This document shows, piece by piece, positions 17,039-26,766 of a stretch of 54,863 bases of DNA. The position numbers and the translations under genes were made by a program. Origin of the DNA: a virus (lineage: Duplodnaviria; Caudoviricetes); the IMG/VR virus record IMGVR_UViG_3300033273_000548, positions 1 through 54,863 of that record. One strand, 5' to 3'. The notes under the pieces are model-generated. The model saw nothing but the letters and a program-made list of their open reading frames with translations. It had not been told where the DNA came from and did not search any database. Numbering within the stretch: position 1 is the first letter of the stretch; each line of letters begins with the position of its first letter.

Positions 17039-19375
17039 ATGGGATATTTCAACGAATTACCAAATTTACAAATATTAAACAGAACAAAAAATAAAGTTTC
17101 AAATGATGAAACTTTGATCATTAAAAATTTCTTTAAGAGAGCAAAACTTAGAGAAGATATTGGATCCATATCATCAGCATTTGAAGTCTATATGATTAAT
17201 GGTGATGAAAGACCAGAACAGATTGCAGAGAAATATTATGGTGATCCAGAACTAGATTGGGCCATTTTACTGGCAAATAATATTACCAATATTAATAACG
17301 AATGGCCCTTGACTTTAGATGGATTTAATAAATTCATGATCCACAAATATGGATCTGAGGATGCATATGAGGATATTCATCATTACGAAACTCTAGAAGT
17401 TAAAGACTCTTTTGGAAGAGTAGTTTTTCCTGGTGGTCTAAAAGTTGATGAAGAATTTTATAATGCTCCAAGATATGAAACCATAACAGAAATTCCAGCA
17501 GGAATAACATTTCCGCCAATTTATGTTCCAGGAACTCAAGCAGTTTTGAATCCGGTGATTGGTGCTGGCAATTCAATTGCAGATATTCAAATTGCAAATG
17601 CTGGACTTGGTTATCAAAAAGTCCCAACCGTAAATATATCTCCACCACCAGTAACAGCAAATGCATCAGCATCATCAAGTATTTCAGAATTTAAAGTTTC
17701 TGGAATATCAACACTTGATGGCGGCCAGGGATATAATTTTCCCCCAACTGTTCTTTTTAGTGAACCAATTCAATCCGTTCAAGCAACAGCGGTTTGTGCT
17801 TTAGGTGCCACTACTGGACCAAATTTAGATAAAGTTGATGCAATAACTTCTATAGAAGGTGGTCTTGGTTATGGTGTAACTGCGCCACCTGTAACTTTTT
17901 CTTTCTCTCCTCAAGTTGTTTATGGTGTGTATAACAACCAGTCCAGTACTGTTGTCGGAAACGATGTCGAGGGATTTTACTTCAAGACTGAAGGTGATAA
18001 ACTTTACACATCTAGTTTTACAGGCACAAACCAAATAAAACAATATAATTTAAGTGTTGACTGGAAAGTATCAACAACTTCTTTATATTATGAATTGGAT
18101 GTGAGTGGTGAATTTGGTTTTACAACAGGTGTAGAATTTAAACCAGATGGAACACTAATGTATGTTACTGGTGGAACTGGTGGAAGTTATACTATCGCAA
18201 CTTATGAATTATCTACAGCATGGGATCTTTCTACAGCAAGTGTATTGAATACTGTTTCAATCGCTTCGCCTGGTGGAATAAGATTTAAACCAGATGGCAC
18301 TTCCGTCTTTGTTCTAGATTTCACAAATCCGGATACAATTAAAGAATATACCCTTGCAACTCCTTGGAGTATGTTATCTAGAAGTGGATCTCCAGTAAGA
18401 AGTTATCAAATCATAACTCCATCTAGTGATAATAATATTTTGGGATTTAACTTCAATCCCGATGGAACAAAATTATTTGCAACTAGTGAAGGCACGTCAA
18501 GTGTATATGAATTTGATATGGATGCCTGGGAAATTGATACCGCAGAATATAAGTACTCATTCTATGTTGGAGATAGAGTTCAATCTCCAGCTGATGTATT
18601 CATTAAAACAGATAGAGAAAAATTTGTAGTTGCTGGAGGTAACTTAGATAGAATTTATGAATATAATACCACGTCAACTGCAAAAGGAATAACTCAAATA
18701 GATGATGGAAAGGTTAGTGGAATTGTTATTACTCAACCTGGAGTTGCATATACTGTTGCACCAACAGTCACTATAGGAGCTCCGTTTCCCGCAGTTCGAG
18801 CAGAAGGAACTCCGAACTTAACCAGTGGAATTATTACAAGTATTACGATAACAAATCCTGGATTTGGTTATACTGTTGCACCAACAATAACAATCGGCGA
18901 AGCACCAATATCAAGACAAGCTGTTATAGTAGTAACTCTTTCAAATACAGGTATTGGAACTTTTAAAATTGCTGATGGAGGACTGAATTATGTTACGACT
19001 CCAACAATTACGTTAGATGCGCCAGATGAAGTGTTAAACACTCCAGACAATACTGAGTATTCACAAAGTTTAAAAACTTGGAAATGGAATGGTACTGTGT
19101 GGCAAGAAAAAGTCACCGATGAATTCCAATACTTTGAACCAAATACTCAAAATATTGTAAAAGTTAATGGTAATGTTCTATCTAAACCAGTTACAAATTA
19201 TGAATATGAAAATAATTTAAATGAAGAAAAGAGAAAAATCACTCTATTAAAACCAGAGTTTATCTCAGTAATTGTAACTGATCTTAGAAATATGATGGTC
19301 TATGATGAAGATGATCCAAATTATATTGACAATAAGTTGAAGAAAACTTATAACGAAAGAATTATGGGAATATAA
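17039..19375 (+). CDS. gp53: Baseplate wedge subunit gp53 with ~500-aa internal insertion
   Basis: gp53 N-part (KNFFKRAKLR, ERPEQIAEKYYGDPELDW, EWPL, IHHYET) and C-part (VTNYEYE..NEEKRKITLLKP) flank repeats. Confidence 0.85.
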   Translation: MGYFNELPNLQILNRTKNKVSNDETLIIKNFFKRAKLREDIGSISSAFEVYMINGDERPEQIAEKYYGDPELDWAILLANNITNINNEWPLTLDGFNKFMIHKYGSEDAYEDIHHYETLEVKDSFGRVVFPGGLKVDEEFYNAPRYETITEIPAGITFPPIYVPGTQAVLNPVIGAGNSIADIQIANAGLGYQKVPTVNISPPPVTANASASSSISEFKVSGISTLDGGQGYNFPPTVLFSEPIQSVQATAVCALGATTGPNLDKVDAITSIEGGLGYGVTAPPVTFSFSPQVVYGVYNNQSSTVVGNDVEGFYFKTEGDKLYTSSFTGTNQIKQYNLSVDWKVSTTSLYYELDVSGEFGFTTGVEFKPDGTLMYVTGGTGGSYTIATYELSTAWDLSTASVLNTVSIASPGGIRFKPDGTSVFVLDFTNPDTIKEYTLATPWSMLSRSGSPVRSYQIITPSSDNNILGFNFNPDGTKLFATSEGTSSVYEFDMDAWEIDTAEYKYSFYVGDRVQSPADVFIKTDREKFVVAGGNLDRIYEYNTTSTAKGITQIDDGKVSGIVITQPGVAYTVAPTVTIGAPFPAVRAEGTPNLTSGIITSITITNPGFGYTVAPTITIGEAPISRQAVIVVTLSNTGIGTFKIADGGLNYVTTPTITLDAPDEVLNTPDNTEYSQSLKTWKWNGTVWQEKVTDEFQYFEPNTQNIVKVNGNVLSKPVTNYEYENNLNEEKRKITLLKPEFISVIVTDLRNMMVYDEDDPNYIDNKLKKTYNERIMGI

Positions 19376-19404
19376 AAAAAGGAGGGTAGTTAAACCCTCC
19401 TTTC
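19374..19404. terminator. Intrinsic terminator between convergent gp53 and gp32
   Basis: AAAGGAGGGT-agttaa-ACCCTCCTTT hairpin with A7 tract (U7 on the minus strand). Confidence 0.85.
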
Positions 19405-19409
19405 TAGTA

Positions 19410-20339
19410 TCAGGACTCAGCGAGTCGTTGGAAGTAACTCAGTGCATCATCTGCATCTTCGTCAGTGTCTTCTTCATGAGCAGTCGGCTTAGGAATTTCA
19501 TAAGCAGGAGCAGAACGCTTCTCAGAGTAGTCTCCACGACGTTCGGCTTCCCATTGTTGATCTTCTTCGACTACTTCAGGGTCTTGAGTCTTGGGAACGC
19601 CACGGACTCCCAGAACGTAGTCTAGGCGCTTCTTCAGATCTTCATAGGACTTGAAGTTCTTGAGGTCAGAGAACTCATTAAGATCATTCAGGTTATTATA
19701 GATCTTCTCCAGTTTATCATCATCATCCAGCAGAGGTTCGACACGATCGAACTCGGACTTGTCGTAGTTCCAGTAACCTTCAACCTTGCGAATCTTCAGT
19801 TTGAAGTTTGCACCAGCCCAGAAATCAAAGGGATTGATAGCTTCTTCATCTGCAAACTGAGGTTGCATTGCTTCGGTGATCTTGTCAAAGATCTTCTTAC
19901 CGAACTTATACAGGAACACACGACCCTCGTTCTCGGGGTGTGCAGGATCAGCAACAACGTAGATGTTTGCGTAGTAAGACAGTTTACGTTTCTGTTTGCG
20001 AGCAGTCTCCTTGTCACGGTCAGAACCACTGTTCCACAGAACACGGTTGTGTTCGGACACAGGATCCTTCTGACCGAGAGTAGTCAGAGAGTTCTCGATA
20101 TACCAACCACCAGGGCCTTGGAACGCATGGCTCCAGACTTGTGCCCATGGAAGTTCACATCCTTCAGGCGCAGGAAGGAATCGGATTACTGCATAACCGT
20201 TACCAGCCTTATCGACTTCAGGTTTCCAGAAGCGGTCATCAGCACCACCTTCACCACTATTCAGTTTTTCTACTTTCTTGATCAGTTTTTCAGTCAGTGA
20301 ACCAGCACGGGACTGTTTCTTGAGATCAGCAAAAGACAT
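19410..20339 (-). CDS. gp32: Single-stranded DNA-binding protein gp32
   Basis: MSFADLKK..DDRFWKP..GNGYAVIRFLP..HAFQGPGGWYIENSLTT..acidic tail; start trimmed to ATG 20339. Confidence 0.96.
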   Translation of the reverse strand: MSFADLKKQSRAGSLTEKLIKKVEKLNSGEGGADDRFWKPEVDKAGNGYAVIRFLPAPEGCELPWAQVWSHAFQGPGGWYIENSLTTLGQKDPVSEHNRVLWNSGSDRDKETARKQKRKLSYYANIYVVADPAHPENEGRVFLYKFGKKIFDKITEAMQPQFADEEAINPFDFWAGANFKLKIRKVEGYWNYDKSEFDRVEPLLDDDDKLEKIYNNLNDLNEFSDLKNFKSYEDLKKRLDYVLGVRGVPKTQDPEVVEEDQQWEAERRGDYSEKRSAPAYEIPKPTAHEEDTDEDADDALSYFQRLAES

Positions 20340-20385
20340 TTGTATTTCTCCGTATTTGTTGGGATTTGGCCTTTGGGACGACTTT

Positions 20386-20414
20386 ATCTTACAGGTTGCA
20401 AGAAGGGTTGTCAA
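20386..20414 (-). promoter_or_regulatory. Sigma70-like promoter of gp32
   Basis: TTGACA-17 nt-TAAGAT. Confidence 0.7.
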
Positions 20415-20417
20415 GCC

Positions 20418-20687
20418 CTAGTCTTTAGGCATTTCCTCTGGATTTGCCAGTTCCATTTCAAATAAAAGAGGATGACACATTTCTTCTATCAAATAACTTG
20501 ACCAACGATACATATCATCCGATGTGTATGAGTAGTGATTGTTTGCTTCAATTTGAACATATGGATCATCTTGCATGATCAATGGAATATCATCAAATGT
20601 GAACGGTATACCATTTACAAAATACATATCTACAATTTCACCATTGTGGTAACAATATGCGGAAGTAATTTGATAATGGTAAGACAT
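20418..20687 (-). CDS. Hypothetical protein
   Basis: 89-aa ORF in operon context. Confidence 0.6.
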   Translation of the reverse strand: MSYHYQITSAYCYHNGEIVDMYFVNGIPFTFDDIPLIMQDDPYVQIEANNHYSYTSDDMYRWSSYLIEEMCHPLLFEMELANPEEMPKD

Positions 20688-20692
20688 TTTCT

Positions 20693-21028
20693 CTACTCGT
20701 CTAATCCTGTGATTTTATCTAGTCGATCAAGAGTTGCTTCCATTTCGGAAAACAACTCATTAATATTATTCCCCTCAAATCCTAAAATTTCAGCAGCATC
20801 TTGAATTCTTTTTTTCATTTCAAGAGCTTCTGGGTCATCTGAAAGAGAAACTCTAAAATACAAGTTTTTTTGTTTCTCAAGAAAAGTTTTCATCAATTCT
20901 ACATGATCTTTCTTCTGCTCTTTAGTCATTATAGGAGCTTTGAAAGTTTCTTCAATAATTTTTTGCTGAAGTTCTTCCATCTCTTTGATGGCTTCCCTTA
21001 CAATTTCGGATTGGAAAAATCCACTCAT
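20693..21028 (-). CDS. DUF1825-like protein
   Basis: FFQSEIVR..LEKQKNLYFRVSLSDDPEA. Confidence 0.75.
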   Translation of the reverse strand: MSGFFQSEIVREAIKEMEELQQKIIEETFKAPIMTKEQKKDHVELMKTFLEKQKNLYFRVSLSDDPEALEMKKRIQDAAEILGFEGNNINELFSEMEATLDRLDKITGLDE

Positions 21029-21615
21029 AATACTATTTCCTTTAGTGTCTTAGTATACTTTTCTTTATCAATATTTATGAAAGATTTATATTTTTTTATC
21101 CTTAAACTGACGGATTCCCACACTGGATCTATAAGTTTTTTATCAAAATTTTCAGAAAACATCAAGATCATATCCATAATTACAAGAGTTTCTATGGATA
21201 TACCTTTTTGTAGATATTTTTTAAGAATTTCTGGATGTGAAGAACCTTTTACTTCAAAAAGTTTTTCAAATGTTTCTTTATGACAAAAGATTTCAGCTTC
21301 AGTTTTAAACAGATAAAAGAGACTTTGCGATCTCTTCAACCAATTTGCATAATTTTGTTCACCTGATTCAATAATCTCACCAATCCAAAGTTTTGCTGGA
21401 TCATCACATTCTATAAAGTTTGCAAGAAAGTATAATTTTATTTCCTCATTATTTTTCTTCCGAGACATTCTTTCGAAGAAATAACGATCTTTCCTCTTAT
21501 TAAATGCCTCTTTGGAAGCACGAGACTTTCCGCAATATTGATGATAGTCGTAGTTTGGTTTAGTGAAATGATTCTTGAATGCAAGGTATGTTTTGTATAC
21601 CTCGATTGGAGTCAT
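21025..21615 (-). CDS. gp59: Helicase loader gp59
   Basis: YKTYLAFKNHFT..YDY..FNKRKDRYFFE..ISIETLVI. Confidence 0.88.
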   Translation of the reverse strand: MTPIEVYKTYLAFKNHFTKPNYDYHQYCGKSRASKEAFNKRKDRYFFERMSRKKNNEEIKLYFLANFIECDDPAKLWIGEIIESGEQNYANWLKRSQSLFYLFKTEAEIFCHKETFEKLFEVKGSSHPEILKKYLQKGISIETLVIMDMILMFSENFDKKLIDPVWESVSLRIKKYKSFINIDKEKYTKTLKEIVL

Positions 21616-21878
21616 TAGAATACTAGTTTAGCACGACTTGTTTTTTTCAAAAAGTTAAGTTGAGTTGCTTCGTGTTTAAGTTTCTCTTTCAGTGGTTTTG
21701 AAATCAATTTAGAGACTGATTCAAATTCAATGCCGTTCTCTTCGCAATAAGTGACAATGGCTTCAATGTAATTAATTTTTGAAGTCATTACCAGATACTC
21801 AATGTCTTGGGCGAACTTGGACTGACAGAGAAACTTCTCCTTTATTAGATTGTTTACATCTTCAGTGTTGTTCTGCAT
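21615..21878 (-). CDS. gp33: Late transcription coactivator gp33
   Basis: FAQDIE..NYIEAIVTYCEENGIE..KLISKPLKEKLKHEA; start trimmed to ATG 21878. Confidence 0.88.
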   Translation of the reverse strand: MQNNTEDVNNLIKEKFLCQSKFAQDIEYLVMTSKINYIEAIVTYCEENGIEFESVSKLISKPLKEKLKHEATQLNFLKKTSRAKLVF

Positions 21879-21882
21879 AGGT

Positions 21883-22551
21883 TTAATCTGTGTGATGAGA
21901 GACGAACTCTCGGATGTACTTGGTAAGAAGTTTAATATAGTGACTCTTGTTCCGTTTTTCATAAACATGACAATCTCCATTTTCAGCTACCATAATGGTA
22001 ATCAATTTTTCGACTGCGATACCAGTCATTTCATAATACATGCAAGCGTAAGCTACTTCCTGAACGAAGTAGTTTTCAATCCACTCTTCGGGTTTAATCT
22101 TTGATGAAGTCTTAAAGTCGATGATTGCGAGTTCTCCCTCGTATTCTGCAATGCAATCAACGCGACCCGCAAGTCCTAGGTAGTCACTATAAAGTGACTT
22201 CTCTAAAGCATGTATATTATTTATACGGTCTAAATATGGTTTGGCTTTGAGGAAGAGAAATTTAGTAGAAGGAAGAGGGTTATAATCATCTACATTTTCA
22301 TTAAGCATGTACTTCTCAACGAGATCATGGAACTTTGTTCCACGAGCAGTAGCAATCCGAGTGACTCTATCAGCTTCTTCATTACCAACTCTTTTACGCC
22401 ACTCTACGAACTTCTGGCGTCCGTAAAAACTAGTCACAGAAGTAATTGACGGATACATTTTACCAGAGGGGACTTTATAAAAACGAGTCCCCTCAATAGT
22501 TTCTGCCTTCAAGTCAACTTCTTCTTTCAAATAATCAAGATGTTTAAACAT
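21883..22551 (-). CDS. PD-(D/E)XK exonuclease
   Basis: YPSITSV, RGTKFH, AGRVDCIAE..IIDFKTS, YFVQ..AY. Confidence 0.88.
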   Translation of the reverse strand: MFKHLDYLKEEVDLKAETIEGTRFYKVPSGKMYPSITSVTSFYGRQKFVEWRKRVGNEEADRVTRIATARGTKFHDLVEKYMLNENVDDYNPLPSTKFLFLKAKPYLDRINNIHALEKSLYSDYLGLAGRVDCIAEYEGELAIIDFKTSSKIKPEEWIENYFVQEVAYACMYYEMTGIAVEKLITIMVAENGDCHVYEKRNKSHYIKLLTKYIREFVSHHTD

Positions 22552-23312
22552 TACATACCCATAGCCAATTTAGTAACAATGTAGTTTTTGACAAGACCAG
22601 AACGGACAATATCATCAACTCCAAACTCTACAGTAGAGAAATCATACTCCATTGCACGAATGATTTTCATAAAATCTAGAATCCCATTTTTTTCATGGGT
22701 TTTTTGTAAGTCTGTTTGAGTAGCATCACCACAGAACAGAATCTTACTATTTTCACCAATACGTGTAATTATACTATCTAACTCATGAAAATTCAAGTTC
22801 TGCATCTCATCAACCAGAACGATTGCATTATCTAGAGTAGTACCACGAATAAAACTTGTAGACCAGAAAGAAATGGTTTCCTGTGCTTTAAGATTTGCAT
22901 AGAGCATCTCAAAGTCCGAATCCGTAGAAAGTTCAAACATGTACTTCACCATATTCTTATAAGGAATCTGATAAAGTGCGGCTTTGTCTTCGTGGTCTCC
23001 AGGAAGGAAACCAATCTCTCTTGTAGAAACTAATGATCTTACGATGTATACTTTTTCATATGGTGTATTTTCATCAAGAACATCTCTTAGTGCATGGTAA
23101 AGAGCAATAAATGTTTTACCTGTACCTGCGGCTCCGTAAGAAAAAAGATTTTTGCCTTCTTTATAATAATCGAAAAACTTAGTTTGATTTTCGGTCATTG
23201 GTTGGATGTCCACCATCAAATCGGTATTGATGGGTTTCTTCCTTTTCATCTGTTTTGCACTCATGCTACCAATTCCACTGGCAGCTCCATTCTTTCTTTT
23301 TCTTGCAGGCAT
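22551..23312 (-). CDS. phoH: PhoH-family ATPase
   Basis: GAAGTGKT Walker A, GFLPG, RGTTLD..VDEMQN, GDATQTD, DIVRSGLV. Confidence 0.95.
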   Translation of the reverse strand: MPARKRKNGAASGIGSMSAKQMKRKKPINTDLMVDIQPMTENQTKFFDYYKEGKNLFSYGAAGTGKTFIALYHALRDVLDENTPYEKVYIVRSLVSTREIGFLPGDHEDKAALYQIPYKNMVKYMFELSTDSDFEMLYANLKAQETISFWSTSFIRGTTLDNAIVLVDEMQNLNFHELDSIITRIGENSKILFCGDATQTDLQKTHEKNGILDFMKIIRAMEYDFSTVEFGVDDIVRSGLVKNYIVTKLAMGM

Positions 23313-23314
23313 AG

Positions 23315-23563
23315 TTAGATCTTTTTAACTCGTGAACCAGGTGCTTTGGAGGCTTTTTGTAATACATCGTTCCAGCCTGGATTTCTGGAGACGAGTTTAT
23401 CCTTCCACTCGCCGACTTCACCAGATGCTGGACAAGTAGATGGATCACTCCAATCTCTTTGCCAGTCTGGATTGTCTGCACACCACTGAGACCATTCGTG
23501 AACGCTCATTGTAACGTCCTTCTGTTCCCCGGTGTTTTTGTTAATTACAGGATACGTCGCCAT
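23315..23563 (-). CDS. Cyanophage-type hypothetical protein (MATYPVINK...)
   Basis: Start trimmed to ATG 23563; upstream of phoH; ATAAATA upstream. Confidence 0.75.
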   Translation of the reverse strand: MATYPVINKNTGEQKDVTMSVHEWSQWCADNPDWQRDWSDPSTCPASGEVGEWKDKLVSRNPGWNDVLQKASKAPGSRVKKI

Positions 23564-23591
23564 TAGATAATAATTTTCAGGGTAGTAATAT

Positions 23592-24446
23592 TTATTGTGG
23601 AATTTTATGTGCAACATAGTGTTGATTGGACACTTGTTGTATATCCCATTGTACCACAGGTTTCACATAATAACTACTGTTTTCCTTTAGTTTGTACTTT
23701 TTATGATTCAATCTATTAAATTTTTCCAAAACTAGTTTATGTACAATGTTTTCATCCTCCACATTATTATATGTCTTAATGTGATTTCTAATAGCGTCTA
23801 GTAGTTCTGGATTTTTATGATATGCTTTGAAATTTTCTACTCGTTTCTTCGCTTCATGAGGTAGAGAAAATAAGGTCTTTTCACCAAATTGAATTTCTTT
23901 ATGTTTAAGTCCTAAACGTAAGGCTCTTTCATAGATTTCTGTATCTTCCCAGGCGGTAAAGTAAGATATTCTTTCATTATAACCACCAAGTTTAAAATAA
24001 TTCTCTCTAGTAATATAAAGGGTTCCCCAAAGAGCTTTGAAATATAGGTAATGTTGATACTGAAACATCTTTGATCTGTTATCTTCATGATAAAAACTCC
24101 AAGACTCATCAGTGCCAGTCAAAAAAGAATTTTCATCAATATCATGGTGTTCAAAGAAACTGAAGTATGGATTCAATACAGTATCAGAATCTAATTTCAG
24201 AATACGATCTCCCCTTGTCAAAGACGCAGCAAGATTAAGTGGCTGAGGTTGATTAAAATAGGGTTCATCTGGAACCGTAATGATTTTAATTTTGGGATCT
24301 AACTCACTTAGATGGGATATGGGTTCTTTAGAATTCCAGTCAGTTACAATGATCTCATCTATTTCATCATATTGAATCCATGAAGATATGGATACGGTTA
24401 GTGCAGGTCCCCTATTCCCACATGCAGATATTACTGAAATGCTCAT
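23592..24446 (-). CDS. Glycosyltransferase (GT2/GT7-like), paralog 1
   Basis: FNQPQPLNLAA, KLDSD (DxD), GGYNE..WEDTE. Confidence 0.8.
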   Translation of the reverse strand: MSISVISACGNRGPALTVSISSWIQYDEIDEIIVTDWNSKEPISHLSELDPKIKIITVPDEPYFNQPQPLNLAASLTRGDRILKLDSDTVLNPYFSFFEHHDIDENSFLTGTDESWSFYHEDNRSKMFQYQHYLYFKALWGTLYITRENYFKLGGYNERISYFTAWEDTEIYERALRLGLKHKEIQFGEKTLFSLPHEAKKRVENFKAYHKNPELLDAIRNHIKTYNNVEDENIVHKLVLEKFNRLNHKKYKLKENSSYYVKPVVQWDIQQVSNQHYVAHKIPQ

Positions 24447-25309
24447 ACTTTCACTGCTTCATATATTTGATCATTTACTTGAGTCAATTCCCAGTTATAA
24501 ATTGGTTTTGAATACCATTCAAGATTCATAACAGACTTCATACTTTTAACTGATATTGTTCCATCCTCTTTAGCTTCTTCAAACATATTCATCATTTTGG
24601 AAAGAACTGGTCTGTTTTGGTGATTTTTACTTTTACAGAGTTGTGCAATGTAATTATATACTTTATCACCTTTCAATTTTTTATTAGATTGACTCACCAG
24701 ATTACTAATAGTTTCAAAAGACTCAAAGTTTTCTACCCGATGTTTATCTGTATGAGCAATGTGTAGGGCTGTCAATCGTTGGACTTCTATATTTTTGGGT
24801 TTTAATCCATATGATATCAGTCTTACACACAACTCATCATCTTCTACTGCATAATACTTTCCCATATTCTCATTATATCCGCCAACTTCTCGGAAGACAT
24901 CAGTCTTAACATATAATATTCCCCAAAGAGGATATAAGAAGTACGCATCCATACCCTTTTGGTCAACACTATTACATCCAGATATAAAAATATCTTCCTC
25001 GATCTTATGACGATCGAAGAAGTTCCAATATGGGTTTAAGATATGATCACAATCCAACTTCAAAAGATACTCACTCTTGACTAAAGATGCAGCAAGATTG
25101 AGTGGTTGAGGTTGATTGAAGTAAGGTTCATTTTTTACCGAGATTATTTTTACTTTCTTACTTAATTTGGTTAGATGAGTTAGGGACTCATCGGAGTCCC
25201 AATCAGTTATTATAACCTCATCCACTTCATCAAACTGTATCCAGGAGGATACAGATATTGACAAGGGTTTTTTACGATTCTTACATGCAGTTATAATCGA
25301 AACACTCAT
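24443..25309 (-). CDS. Glycosyltransferase (GT2/GT7-like), paralog 2
   Basis: FNQPQPLNLAA, KLDCD, GGYNE..VEDDE. Confidence 0.8.
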   Translation of the reverse strand: MSVSIITACKNRKKPLSISVSSWIQFDEVDEVIITDWDSDESLTHLTKLSKKVKIISVKNEPYFNQPQPLNLAASLVKSEYLLKLDCDHILNPYWNFFDRHKIEEDIFISGCNSVDQKGMDAYFLYPLWGILYVKTDVFREVGGYNENMGKYYAVEDDELCVRLISYGLKPKNIEVQRLTALHIAHTDKHRVENFESFETISNLVSQSNKKLKGDKVYNYIAQLCKSKNHQNRPVLSKMMNMFEEAKEDGTISVKSMKSVMNLEWYSKPIYNWELTQVNDQIYEAVKV

Positions 25310-25494
25310 TGACTGATATCAAGTTGACAATAATCTAAGGATTCAATTTCTTCTGGATCTACTTCTTTTGTCTTGAGTTCTCCATTGGAATCGCTATACT
25401 CGATGATATATTTTTTATTATCTTCAGTTGTTCCAACAATTGTACATGATGTTGGGGCTTTATCCTTAGATACGGAATCGGTTTGATAGTACAT
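25306..25494 (-). CDS. Hypothetical protein
   Basis: 62-aa ORF with ATGA overlap to the glycosyltransferase. Confidence 0.55.
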   Translation of the reverse strand: MYYQTDSVSKDKAPTSCTIVGTTEDNKKYIIEYSDSNGELKTKEVDPEEIESLDYCQLDISQ

Positions 25495-25524
25495 ATTACA
25501 TTTCCTCGAAGGACACTTTATATA

Positions 25525-26157
25525 TCACCACTCCAAAGCTTCTGCAACGACAGGGAATTGTTCTTTGAATACTTCACGACATGCAAGAGCGATGTCCATA
25601 TGTTCTTTCTGAGTTCCATTAGCGGAACGCAAATTGATGTAATGGATCCATGATCTACATGAACCGGACATGTAGATACGAGTGGGCGTACAGAGAGGTA
25701 ATACATTTCGAGCACACTCCTTTGCAATTGATGCATCGAGCATCTCTTTGTAGAGTTTCATTCCTTCTTCAAAGTGTCGTTGCATTTTGATTTGGAACTC
25801 TTGACGGACAAACGGGTCAATATCATCAATAGAATTCTGACGATTCTTGGTGTCTTGCCTGCGTAGTTCAGGTAGAGGGATCGTCTCCGCAAGTAAGGAG
25901 GAATCAGCATAACGTTGCGAAAACTCTTGATATGTAAATGAGCGGTGCCGGAGGATTTGAGCCGCGATTGCACGGGTAGTCTCAATCTCAAGCGTCATGA
26001 ACGACTGTTCAAAGACACTCCAGTGGTTATGTTTGATGCAATACTTTAGAAGACCCGCAACGTTGGGATTCTCTTGATTTGCGGGATTACTGACACGAGC
26101 AACGTATCCCATCGTCGCTTCAGCATCAGGGGTAATAGAAACAAGTTTAACAGTCAT
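25525..26157 (-). CDS. thyX: Flavin-dependent thymidylate synthase
   Basis: HWSVFE, QILRHRSFTYQEFSQRY (ThyX motif), KECAR.VLP. Confidence 0.96.
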   Translation of the reverse strand: MTVKLVSITPDAEATMGYVARVSNPANQENPNVAGLLKYCIKHNHWSVFEQSFMTLEIETTRAIAAQILRHRSFTYQEFSQRYADSSLLAETIPLPELRRQDTKNRQNSIDDIDPFVRQEFQIKMQRHFEEGMKLYKEMLDASIAKECARNVLPLCTPTRIYMSGSCRSWIHYINLRSANGTQKEHMDIALACREVFKEQFPVVAEALEW

Positions 26158-26164
26158 TTAGTTA

Positions 26165-26347
26165 TCAGTCAGGGTAGCCGTCGTCATCATTAAAAACCTC
26201 GTCATAATCACCATAGTAGTGTCGAGGGTTGTCGTAATTTTCTCGTGTATCTATGTAAGAACTTGGATCGGAATAAACTTCGGATTCCAAAATATCCACA
26301 AGAGATTTGAGATTTTTCACAATAAGTTTAAGTTTTTCTTTGTCCAT
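26165..26347 (-). CDS. Hypothetical protein (MDKEKLKLIVKNLK...)
   Basis: ORF with acidic tail upstream of thyX. Confidence 0.7.
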   Translation of the reverse strand: MDKEKLKLIVKNLKSLVDILESEVYSDPSSYIDTRENYDNPRHYYGDYDEVFNDDDGYPD

Positions 26348-26381
26348 TCTCAACTTATGTATTCACTCCAAATTATACCAC

Positions 26382-26408
26382 AAAAAAAGGAGGGTGTCTA
26401 ACCCTCCT
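26382..26408 (-). terminator. Intrinsic terminator
   Basis: AGGAGGGT-taga c-ACCCTCCT followed by U-tract on the minus strand. Confidence 0.8.
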
Positions 26409-26417
26409 GAAAAATAA

Positions 26418-26591
26418 TTATAAAAAGATTCTCCTACATATTCGTTTACATTCGTTTTGGTTTAAAGCATCGCACTCAATCAAGCACTCATAATAATCGT
26501 TGATCTTTTGGTTTTCAGCTTCAAGTTCATCTATTGTGTCCTCAAAGTGTCGCCACTCATCGAATTGAGCTCTTGATAAGATATTGTGCAT
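26418..26591 (-). CDS. Small Cys-motif protein (ECLIEC..CKRIC)
   Basis: GGAGG Shine-Dalgarno before ATG 26591; has its own terminator. Confidence 0.7.
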   Translation of the reverse strand: MHNILSRAQFDEWRHFEDTIDELEAENQKINDYYECLIECDALNQNECKRICRRIFL

Positions 26592-26697
26592 GACAGTATC
26601 CTCCACTTTTACAATTTTATTTCATGACATTGTATAACAGTTCAGGGAATTTTAAAGCATTGATTTTTCCAAATTCTGTATTATCTAGGCATGTTTA

Positions 26698-26713
26698 TGT
26701 ATCTTACTATACA
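26698..26713. promoter_or_regulatory. Putative NtcA-binding site
   Basis: TGTA-TCTTACTA-TACA matches TGTA-N8-TACA; intergenic. Confidence 0.5.
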
Positions 26714-26736
26714 TTTGTAAATTTTTAACATAAGTA

Positions 26737-26766
26737 CAAAAAAAGAGAGGTTTTTTAACCTCTCCT
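26737..26766 (-). terminator. Intrinsic terminator of the riboswitch/DUF4278 operon
   Basis: GAGAGG-TTAAAAAA-CCTCTC then U-tract on the minus strand. Confidence 0.8.

Noticed and set aside
21883-22551. Cas4-like nuclease suggesting a CRISPR system
   Set aside because: It is the usual T4-like cyanophage exonuclease between phoH and gp33. No repeat-spacer array or other cas genes are visible.
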